In this document: positions 27,007 to 34,296 of the stretch, in pieces
Position numbering within the stretch: position 1 is the stretch's first letter
Layout: every line of letters starts with the position of its first letter
NCBI GenBank assembly: GCA_963765205.1
Contig: CAVXVB010000002.1
Coordinates: 57,364-121,363 of the forward strand
Direction of reading: 5' to 3'
DNA: 64,000 bases
DNA from: an uncultured Verrucomicrobiae bacterium
GTDB taxonomy: Bacteria > Verrucomicrobiota > Verrucomicrobiia > Opitutales > JABDGR01
Program-made: the position numbers and the translations under genes
The notes under the pieces: model-generated
Databases searched by the model: none
The model's input: only the letters and a program-made list of their open reading frames with translations
What the model was told of the DNA's origin: nothing

Positions 27007-27078
27007 CGCCCCCACGGGGAATCGAACCCCGATTTGAAGAATGAGAATCTTCCGTCCTAACCGTTAGACGATGGGGAC
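27007..27078 (-). tRNA. tRNA-Glu (anticodon CUC)
   Basis: Hand-folded cloverleaf: acceptor GTCCCCA/TGGGGGC, anticodon stem GAAGA/TCTTC, loop TTCTCAT, T-arm CGGGG-TTCGATT-CCCCG. No encoded CCA. Confidence 0.9.
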
Positions 27079-27170
27079 AAGCTGCCAGAAGCGAGAAGCT
27101 AGAAGATAGAAGGCAGAATGCCAAGCGCGAAGAAGCGGATTCATCCAAATGGCATCTTTCTTTGTTTCCA

Positions 27171-27198
27171 TTCTAGCTTCTAGCTTCTAGCTTCTAGC
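27171..27198. repeat. Tandem heptamer (TTCTAGC)x4
   Basis: ttctagc repeated four times, ending 7 nt before the ATG at 27206. An inverted partner, agaagctagaag, lies at about 27094-27105. Confidence 0.9.
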
Positions 27199-27205
27199 TC
27201 CCACC

Positions 27206-27667
27206 ATGTCCGCCTCCCCCGCTACTCCCCGGCCCGACACCGGCGCGATTCTTTACGATTTGCCGTCGCCCTACCTGCCGCATCCGGCGTTCGGCTTGCT
27301 CCACTTGCCGCGCTTCCTCGCCAAGGCCCGCAAGTACTTGGCCGGCGCGCTGCCGCCGTCCTATCAGCGCAACTTCACCAAGGGCTTCGACGGCTTCCTC
27401 TGCCTGCATCTGGGCGTGGACCCGCAGGCCGTGATCGCCGCCGTGCGTGAGGCCAAGGATGAGGACGACCTGACCGCCCGGTTGCGCGCGCTTTTTCCCG
27501 CGGACGTGAAGGCTGCCAAGTGGAACCGCCAGGTCGTGCAAATGGGCATGAGCGAAATGGGCCGCGAAGCCCTCGCCGCCACCAAGAAGAAAATGGCCAT
27601 CGAGCACCGCGACGACCTTCGCTCCTTCGCCGACCTCATCGAATACGATGAGGAACGACTGAATTAA
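27206..27667 (+). CDS. DUF5069 domain protein
   Basis: LPRFLAKARKYLAGALPPSYQRNFTKGFDGF fits my recollection of DUF5069. Confidence 0.65.
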   Translation: MSASPATPRPDTGAILYDLPSPYLPHPAFGLLHLPRFLAKARKYLAGALPPSYQRNFTKGFDGFLCLHLGVDPQAVIAAVREAKDEDDLTARLRALFPADVKAAKWNRQVVQMGMSEMGREALAATKKKMAIEHRDDLRSFADLIEYDEERLN

Positions 27668-27693
27668 TTACGTGGCGGACAACTCCATGACGA

Positions 27694-28332
27694 TTAGTTC
27701 CCTTTCTCCGGTTTTATATACCACTTGCCATCAATTTTGACAAAAACCATGGGTTGCGGGGCGTTGCTCCCCGCACCCTGGATTGGGTCTGGATGCACGG
27801 TGATCATGTAGGTGGCTTCGTCGCCGTCGGCATTAAAGGTCGGAGTCAGGCCAGCGAGTGTGTCAAAATCCTGCGCCTCTCCTTCAAGCCTCTTTTGCCA
27901 TATCGGCCGTTGTAACGACCCGCTGGCTTGAGCCGCTTGTATTGCTTGCATACCATCAAAATTTGCCAAATAGGCAGGCGGGGTCGAAGCTTGTGTGAAC
28001 CCCACCATATCACCGGCCCGCAACAAGCTTGCGTATTTCGCGAAGGCGGTTTTCAAGTCAGCTTGGGCATCGGCGGATGCCAAATCGGACGAGGAATTGG
28101 CAGTCTCGCTCGCAACGCCCGAGCGCGGTGCGGGTGGAGCAATGGGCGGAGCGATGGCTTGCGGCACGACATATTCTGATGCCCCCGGTTGGGACGCCAA
28201 TTCGACTGCACTTCTTCGGGTCGGAGCCGGCCATATGAGCCAGTAAACACCCGCCTCACGCATGAACAACCAAAGGCCGAGAAACAAGATCGCAAAAGCA
28301 AGAACAACCAAAATGGAGTTTTTCGGTTTCAT
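27694..28332 (-). CDS. Membrane-anchored hypothetical protein (paralog A)
   Basis: N-terminal TM helix, Pro/Ala linker and a C-terminal TPTFNADGDEATY...VFVKIDGKWYIK. Paralog of 33368-34036. Confidence 0.55.
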   Translation of the reverse strand: MKPKNSILVVLAFAILFLGLWLFMREAGVYWLIWPAPTRRSAVELASQPGASEYVVPQAIAPPIAPPAPRSGVASETANSSSDLASADAQADLKTAFAKYASLLRAGDMVGFTQASTPPAYLANFDGMQAIQAAQASGSLQRPIWQKRLEGEAQDFDTLAGLTPTFNADGDEATYMITVHPDPIQGAGSNAPQPMVFVKIDGKWYIKPEKGN

Positions 28333-28503
28333 GCCATAAAGAAAACCAAAGCATACACTCAATGCGTAAGAGCCGCAAGGTCTATCGTTTCAGCGGCATT
28401 TAACACCTCCGCCTCATCATACCCAATTTCATCCCTCGTCGTTCATCCTTTCTCCCTCTCCCTTTCGCTCTTTTTTCCATTTTCCATCTTCCATTAATTC
28501 CCT

Positions 28504-29946
28504 TCACTCTTCCCCGCTCAAGACCCAGGTGTCCTTCGAGCCGCCGCCTTGGGAGGAGTTGACCACGAGGGAGCCTTTTTTCAGCGCGACGCGCGTCAGC
28601 CCGCCGGGCATGATTTTAATGTCTTCGCCGTAGAGGATGTAGGGGCGCAGGTCAATGTGGCGGCCTTCAAATTTGCCGTCGCACCAGGTCGGGTGGCGCG
28701 AGAGGGAAATGGGCGGCTGGGCGATGAAGTTGCGCGGGTTCTCCTTGATTTGCTCGCGGAATTTCTCGATCTCGGCCTTCGGCGCCCAGGGGCCCATCAG
28801 CATCCCGTAGCCGCCCGCTTCATTCGCGCTTTTGACGACGAGCTTCGCCAGGTTGTCCAAAATATAGTCGTAATCCTTTTTTTCCGAGGCGAGGTAGGTT
28901 TCGACGTTGGGGAGAATCGGCTCCTGGCCGAGGTAGTATTTAATCATCCGTGGCACAAAATAATAGATAACCTTGTCATCGGCCACGCCGGTGCCGATGG
29001 AGTTCGCCAGCGCGACGTTCCCGGCGCGGTAGGCTGAGACGAGGCCCGGCACGCCGAGCATCGAATCGCGCCGGAACACGGTCGGGTCGAGGAAATCGTC
29101 GTCAATGCGCCGGTAGATGACATCCACCGGCTCGAGGCCCTTGGTGGTGCGCATGAACACGCGCTGCTCGCGCACAACGAGGTCGCGCCCCTCGACGATC
29201 TCGACGCCCATCGAGCGCGCGAGGAAGCAGTGCTCGAAGTAGGCGCTGTTGTAAACGCCGGGCGTGAGCAGCACGACGGTCGGGTCCTCGCGGCCGGCGG
29301 GCGCGATGTAGCGCAACATGCGCAGCAGCTCGTCCGCGTATTGGTCAATCGGGCGCACGTTACCGCGGGCAAAGAGGCTGGGGAAGGCGCGCTTCATCGC
29401 TGCGCGGTTTTCCTGCATGTAGGAGACGCCCGACGGGCAGCGGCCGTTGTCCTCGAGCACCAGGTATTGGCCGTCGCGCCCGCGGATGAGGTCGGTGCCG
29501 CAGATATGGATGTAAATGTCGCGCGGGACTTTCGTGCCCCGGAATTCCGGGCGGTAATGCTTGGCGGAGAGGATGTAGTGCTCGGGGATGATTTTGTCCG
29601 CGAGGATTTTCTGGTCCGTGTAAATGTCCTTGAGGAACAGGTTGAGGGCGGTGATGCGCTGCTTGAGGCCGTTTTCGAGGTGCGTCCATTCGGACGCGGG
29701 GATGATGCGCGGGACGAGGTCAAAGGGGAAGATGCGCTCGGTGCCCTCGTTGTCGTTGTAAACGGTGAAGGTGATGCCCTGGCGCAGAAAGGACAGGTCG
29801 GTGCTCTGTCGTTTTTGCTCGAATTCCTCGGCGTCGAGGGCGGCGAAGCGCTCGAGGAACTTGCGGTAATGCGGCCGCACGCCGGCGGGCGCGGGGCCGG
29901 CGAACATCTCGTCAAAAAAGTCTTCGGGTTGGTATTTCTCGAACAT
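28504..29946 (-). CDS. Circularly permuted type-2 ATP-grasp protein (COG2308-like)
   Basis: [15 protein letters not shown]...[11 protein letters not shown]...ILPNVETY... is typical of this family as recalled. ATG at 29946. Confidence 0.75.
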   Translation of the reverse strand: MFEKYQPEDFFDEMFAGPAPAGVRPHYRKFLERFAALDAEEFEQKRQSTDLSFLRQGITFTVYNDNEGTERIFPFDLVPRIIPASEWTHLENGLKQRITALNLFLKDIYTDQKILADKIIPEHYILSAKHYRPEFRGTKVPRDIYIHICGTDLIRGRDGQYLVLEDNGRCPSGVSYMQENRAAMKRAFPSLFARGNVRPIDQYADELLRMLRYIAPAGREDPTVVLLTPGVYNSAYFEHCFLARSMGVEIVEGRDLVVREQRVFMRTTKGLEPVDVIYRRIDDDFLDPTVFRRDSMLGVPGLVSAYRAGNVALANSIGTGVADDKVIYYFVPRMIKYYLGQEPILPNVETYLASEKKDYDYILDNLAKLVVKSANEAGGYGMLMGPWAPKAEIEKFREQIKENPRNFIAQPPISLSRHPTWCDGKFEGRHIDLRPYILYGEDIKIMPGGLTRVALKKGSLVVNSSQGGGSKDTWVLSGEE

Positions 29947-30037
29947 GGGGGCGCAGCAGGGGGATGGCGGCATAAAATCTGGCAGGGTGCCTCTTCCTGA
30001 GCAAGCCTCATGCCGGGTGGATGGCTAGTTCACCGCG

Positions 30038-30319
30038 CTACCGGTAAATTTCCCGTCGGTGGCCGATCTCGGCCACCCGGATCAGCCGGCGGGCATCGTC
30101 AATCTGATAGAGAATGCGGTATTGGCCCACCCGAATGCGCCAAATTTGTTCGCCCCCGGAAAGTATTTTGGCGCCGGGCGGACGCGGCTGGAAGCTGAGT
30201 TGGCTGATGGACTCCTCCATCCGCCGGCCCAAACTCGCATCGCGCAGTTTCCGCAAAAACTATTCTGCGGCTGGCCGCAGGGTTATGCGGTAACCGGGCG
30301 GCGGGGTTTGCAGTTCCAT
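30038..30319 (-). pseudogene. RelE/ParE-family toxin interrupted by an in-frame TAG
   Basis: ATG 30319 gives MELQTPPPGYRITLRPAAE-TAG(30260-30262)-FLRKLRDA...WRIRVGQYRILYQIDDARRLIRVAEIGHRREIYR. The full-length alignment pattern of RelE/ParE spans the stop. Confidence 0.7.
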
Positions 30320-30504
30320 GGCAATTCACTGCGCAGGTTTTCCCAGTTGGTGTCCGGCCCGCTGTCCGCCAAAGCGTGCCTGGCCGCCGCCAAGTCGCGG
30401 GCGTCTTCCTCTTTGGCGACTATGCGCGCGAAAAACGTTTTCACCTTGCGGCGCTCCGGCGCGGGCAAGGTTTCATAGCGGGCCAAAAAGGTTTTGGCGG
30501 TCAT
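30283..30504 (-). CDS. Putative antitoxin
   Basis: ATG 30504 (MTAKTFLARYETLPAPERRKV...DARDLAAARHALADSG...WENLRSEL). Upstream of and overlapping the toxin start. Confidence 0.5.
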   Translation of the reverse strand: MTAKTFLARYETLPAPERRKVKTFFARIVAKEEDARDLAAARHALADSGPDTNWENLRSELPWNCKPRRPVTA

Positions 30505-30525
30505 GGCGCTTAGTTTACTTTTCCC

Positions 30526-31386
30526 TTGGTTTTGGTCAATGCCGAAACCCGGCGCAAAATCGTAAATAAGGTTCGCCGCGCGACGCAGGCTTGCGTGGGC
30601 GGCGCGGTTGCGGCAGGGTGGGGGGCCTTGAAAAACTCCCCGCCCACCGACGAACTGCTGACCCTTGCCGCCGCCACTGCGCGCGCGGCGGGCGCCGCCC
30701 TGGCCAAACGCGCCGACCGCACCGTCAATTCCGAGACCGGCCACGACGTGAAAATGCAGGCCGATATTGACAGCGAGACGCTCATCCGCGAGCGCCTGGC
30801 GCGCGCCAAGCTGCCCGTCATCGGCGAGGAAATTGGCGGCGACGCCGCCTTGCTGGGCCGTGACGAGCTGTTCTGGGCGGTGGACCCGGTGGACGGCACT
30901 TACAATTACCTGCGCAATTTTCCAGGCGTGTGCGTGAGCATCGGCTTGTGGCGCGGGCGGCGGCCCGTGCTGGGCGTGATTTACGACTTTTGGCGCGACG
31001 AGCTGTTTGCCGGCGGCGCGGGCCTCGGCCTGACCTTGAATGGCCGCGCCCTCCAACCGCGCTGGGCGGCGGACGTGCCCCACGCCGTGCTCTGCACGGG
31101 CTTCCCTTCGACGGCGGATCGCGGCGCGCAAGCGGTGACCGGCTTCGTCGAGCGCGTTGGCAAATTCAAAAAGATCCGCATGATCGGCACGGCGGCGCTC
31201 GCGCTGGCCTATGTGGCCGCCGGGCGCGCGGACGCCTATTTCGAAGAGACGATCAAGCTCTGGGACATCGCCGCCGGGCTGGCGCTCGTCGAAGCTGCGG
31301 GCGGCTACACGAGCGTCGAGCCGGTGCCCGGCCAGCCGCTGGCGTTCAATGTCTGGGCGACGGGCCGCGCGGACCTGGCCGGGTGA
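30526..31386 (+). CDS. Inositol monophosphatase family protein
   Basis: WAVDPVDGTYNYLRNFP and IGTAALALAYVAAGRADAY motifs. The start is uncertain (a TTG at 30628 is possible). Confidence 0.8.
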   Translation: MVLVNAETRRKIVNKVRRATQACVGGAVAAGWGALKNSPPTDELLTLAAATARAAGAALAKRADRTVNSETGHDVKMQADIDSETLIRERLARAKLPVIGEEIGGDAALLGRDELFWAVDPVDGTYNYLRNFPGVCVSIGLWRGRRPVLGVIYDFWRDELFAGGAGLGLTLNGRALQPRWAADVPHAVLCTGFPSTADRGAQAVTGFVERVGKFKKIRMIGTAALALAYVAAGRADAYFEETIKLWDIAAGLALVEAAGGYTSVEPVPGQPLAFNVWATGRADLAG

Positions 31387-31393
31387 TCTCGGG

Positions 31394-31422
31394 ACGGTAG
31401 GGACGCCTCTCCGAGGCGTCCG
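31394..31422. repeat. REP-like 29-nt hairpin element, copy 1
   Basis: acggtagggacgcctctccgaggcgtccg has a 9-bp perfect stem (ggacgcctc/gaggcgtcc). The reverse complement is present at 33222-33250. Sits between convergent genes. Confidence 0.8.
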
Positions 31423-31431
31423 TTGCTCCCC

Positions 31432-31905
31432 TCATAACCGCCGTGCGTAGCGCACGATGCGGAATTCCGGCGTGGTCTTCAGCGTTTCCGTTGGCGTGAA
31501 CAGATTCTCATACGGCGGAAAAAAAGCGTCGCCCGGTGGCGAACCCGCCACCTGGGTCAGATAAAGCTCCGCGCAGCGCGGCAGCGCCAGCGCATAAATT
31601 TCCGCGCCGCCGATGACCCAGATGTCGCCCGCCGCCGGCAGTTGATCCACCGCGACCAGGTCGTCTACGACAACCGCTCCCGGCAATGTGTTGGCGCCCG
31701 GCGCCAGTGTGCGCGAGACGACCACGTTGCGCCGCCGGGGCAACGTGCGGCCCAGCGATTCCCACGTCTTGCGCCCCATCACCACCGTGTGCCCCATGGT
31801 CTGTTCCTTGAAAAACTTCAAGTCCTCCGGCAACCGCCACGGGATTTTCCCGCCCGCGCCGATGACGCGGTTCTCCCCCAGCGCGGCGATGGCTTTCCAA
31901 GTCAT
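31432..31905 (-). CDS. folA: Dihydrofolate reductase
   Basis: IAALGENRVIGAGGKIPWRLPEDLKFFKEQTMGHTVVMGRKTWESL. ATG at 31905. Confidence 0.9.
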   Translation of the reverse strand: MTWKAIAALGENRVIGAGGKIPWRLPEDLKFFKEQTMGHTVVMGRKTWESLGRTLPRRRNVVVSRTLAPGANTLPGAVVVDDLVAVDQLPAAGDIWVIGGAEIYALALPRCAELYLTQVAGSPPGDAFFPPYENLFTPTETLKTTPEFRIVRYARRL

Positions 31906-31984
31906 TGTAATTTTTTTACCGCTAAGGCGCGAAAACCGCAAAGGAAATGGTTGGCCTTTCTCTGCGTCTTTGCGGTGAATCTCC

Positions 31985-32797
31985 TTAAACCGCAATCGGC
32001 GCCTTAATCCCCGGATGCGGATCATATTCCAGCAGTTCAATGTCCTCGAATTTGAAATCTTCCAGATTTTTAATTTCCGGGTTAAGCCGCACGCGGGGCA
32101 GCGGGCGCGGCGCGCGGGCCAGTTGCGTCTCCACTTGTTCGAGGTGGTTGAGGTAGAGATGCATGTCGCCAAAGGTGTGGACGAATTCGCCGGGCCGCAG
32201 CCCGCACGCCTGGGCCATCATCAGCGTCAGTAGTGCATACGAGGCGATGTTGAACGGCACGCCGAGGAATAAATCCGCGCTGCGTTGGTAAAGCTGGCAG
32301 CTTAATTCGCCGCGCGTTGAAACGTAAAACTGAAACAGCGCATGGCAGGGCGGCAGCGCCATTTTTTCGACATCCGCCGGGTTCCACGCCGTCACGATGT
32401 GCCGGCGCGATTGCGGCGATTTTTTAATCGCGGCGACCACCCGCGCAATCTGGTCAATCGTTTGCTCGCGGCCCGCGGCGTCCCGCCCCGCCGGCCAGTG
32501 GCGCCACTGATGGCCATAAACCGGCCCGAGGTCGCCGTGCGCATCGGCCCATTCGTCCCAAATCGTCACGCCGCGTTCCTGAAGCCATTTGATGTTCGTG
32601 TCGCCGCGCAAAAACCAGAGCAACTCATAGACGACCGACTTCCAATGCACCTTCTTGGTGGTCAGCAGTGGAAAGCGCTCGCGCAAATCAAAGCGCGCCT
32701 GCGCGCCGAACACGCTGCGCGTGCCCACGCCGGTGCGGTCGCGGCGCTCCTCGCCGTGGTCGCGCACCAGCCGCAGCAGGTCCAGGTAAGTTTGCAT
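31985..32797 (-). CDS. thyA: Thymidylate synthase
   Basis: [11 protein letters not shown]...[11 protein letters not shown]...[12 protein letters not shown]...[18 protein letters not shown]. Confidence 0.95.
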   Translation of the reverse strand: MQTYLDLLRLVRDHGEERRDRTGVGTRSVFGAQARFDLRERFPLLTTKKVHWKSVVYELLWFLRGDTNIKWLQERGVTIWDEWADAHGDLGPVYGHQWRHWPAGRDAAGREQTIDQIARVVAAIKKSPQSRRHIVTAWNPADVEKMALPPCHALFQFYVSTRGELSCQLYQRSADLFLGVPFNIASYALLTLMMAQACGLRPGEFVHTFGDMHLYLNHLEQVETQLARAPRPLPRVRLNPEIKNLEDFKFEDIELLEYDPHPGIKAPIAV

Positions 32798-32912
32798 GGC
32801 CTGATGTAAGCGGGTTCTTCACGCCGGGCAAAGAAAAATCCCATGGGCGGGGCGCCCCACGATCCCTTTCTTTTATCTTGTGAATCTATCCGGCCAACCC
32901 TAGTTTCCATGC

Positions 32913-33197
32913 ATGACTGCGGATGTGCCTCCTCTCTTGTCTCCGGCCCCGCCGCTGCGGAAACCGCCCCATTTGGCGTATTTGTTGCTGGCTACCGCCC
33001 CGGCTGCCATGGCCTCAGGAATATGCGGCTTTATGAGCATTTTTATTGGAGTATTAGGAGTCCATTCCAGCCAGGCGTTCATCCAAACTTGTGGCGTGCT
33101 CGAAGTGGTTGGCGGAGCGATGGTGGTCATTGGCTCGCTCGCTGCCTTGGTGGCAATGTGCTGCGCGGCTCGGGCTGCCCTGAAAACAGAAGCATAA
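32913..33197 (+). CDS. Possible small two-TM membrane protein
   Basis: 94-aa ORF with two hydrophobic stretches. Competes with overlapping ORFs. Confidence 0.3.
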   Translation: MTADVPPLLSPAPPLRKPPHLAYLLLATAPAAMASGICGFMSIFIGVLGVHSSQAFIQTCGVLEVVGGAMVVIGSLAALVAMCCAARAALKTEA

Positions 33198-33221
33198 GTC
33201 ATTGGCCCACTCGCTACCCTG

Positions 33222-33250
33222 CGGACGCCTCGGAGAGGCGTCCCTACCGT
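33222..33250. repeat. REP-like hairpin element, copy 2 (inverted)
   Basis: cggacgcctcggagaggcgtccctaccgt is the reverse complement of 31394-31422. Confidence 0.8.
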
Positions 33251-33367
33251 GTCGCGGAATTTCAAAAAGCTTCATTATGCTTGCTTTGCAGTCCCGTCCA
33301 ATTTGAAACATATCGCTGAAAAAGGGGTTACTTATTAGGAATGGATTACCCATTAGTGGCAAAGGCT

Positions 33368-34036
33368 ATGAAGCGCAAAAACCTCATCTTGATTGCCCTG
33401 GCCGTCGCCATTGTGAGCCTCAGCCTCTGGTGGTTCATGCGGCCCACGGCGGCAGCCCCGAAACCAATCGCTGAGATTGGAGCGCCTGCGCTGAGCAAAA
33501 TCGCAACGCCCAAGCCGATCGCGTCGCCGGCCATCGCCCCGCCCGTCGTTTCCCTTGCGCCAAAACCAGACTCCGCGTCAGTCGCCACCGCGCAATCTGT
33601 CGCCGCGCCGCTTTCAGACCCCAACGCCGATTCCAAAGCTGAGTTGAATACTGCATTGGAGGATATGGCGCGCTTGCAGCGGGCTGGCCATTTTATGGAA
33701 TTCGCGCAAACCTACGACACGCCTGACGAATGGGCAAAAGAAGAACCTCGTTTGATTCAAGGAAATCAATTAGTTCAAGCCGCCTTAGCTCAGGATCCGG
33801 AACTTTCAACGGATGAGCTACCAATAGGAGAAACGTATGCGCAGTCATATGAAGCCCTCGAAAAGCAAACTCCGACCTTCAACGCCTCTGGCGATGAAGC
33901 CACCTACACCTATATGAGTCCAACGGACTCTGATATAATGAATGGCGTCGCTTCTGGCACCGGCACCCCCACTCCCTTGGTCTTTGTCAAAATCAACGGT
34001 AAGTGGTATCTAAAAAAGGAAGAGGCGGGCAATTAA
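33368..34036 (+). CDS. Membrane-anchored hypothetical protein (paralog B)
   Basis: Same architecture as 27694-28332, with TPTFNASGDEATY...VFVKINGKWYLK. Confidence 0.55.
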   Translation: MKRKNLILIALAVAIVSLSLWWFMRPTAAAPKPIAEIGAPALSKIATPKPIASPAIAPPVVSLAPKPDSASVATAQSVAAPLSDPNADSKAELNTALEDMARLQRAGHFMEFAQTYDTPDEWAKEEPRLIQGNQLVQAALAQDPELSTDELPIGETYAQSYEALEKQTPTFNASGDEATYTYMSPTDSDIMNGVASGTGTPTPLVFVKINGKWYLKKEEAGN

Positions 34037-34210
34037 TCGAGTTGCGTTTGTCATCCTTAATTATCCCGAATCCCATTCCGCCCAATTCCAACCAAGAACT
34101 AAAAACTAGAAACTAAAGCACCAAGCGCCAGATCACTACCCCCCGAACACTTATAAGATTGACCACCCCCCGCGCCCCCGGCATCCTCACCGTTTCCCTT
34201 TAACGAATTT

Positions 34211-34283
34211 GGGGCTGTAGCTCAGTTGGAAGAGCGCGACAATCGCACTGTCGAGGTCGTCGGTTCGAGCCCGATCAGCTCCA
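34211..34283 (+). tRNA. tRNA-Ala (anticodon CGC)
   Basis: Acceptor GGGGCTG/CAGCTCC with G3:U70. Anticodon stem CGACA/TGTCG, loop ATCGCAC. Confidence 0.9.
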
Positions 34284-34296
34284 CTATTTTAAACCC

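Larger units (their letters stand above)
20200..27035. mobile_element. Integrative element in tRNA-Glu (int, xis-like, rep module), about 6.8 kb
   Basis: Perfect 36-bp direct repeats at both ends. Carries a tyrosine integrase and a replication module, and is lower in GC than the flanks. Confidence 0.75.

Noticed and set aside
27171-27198. CRISPR-like array.
   Set aside because: The repeat unit is only 7 bp, perfectly tandem and without spacers. No cas genes are in the window.
30505-31131. Long minus-strand ORF 30283-31131 (282 aa).
   Set aside because: Only the last 73 codons (from ATG 30504) look like a real antitoxin-sized protein. The rest is antisense to the well-supported IMPase-family gene.
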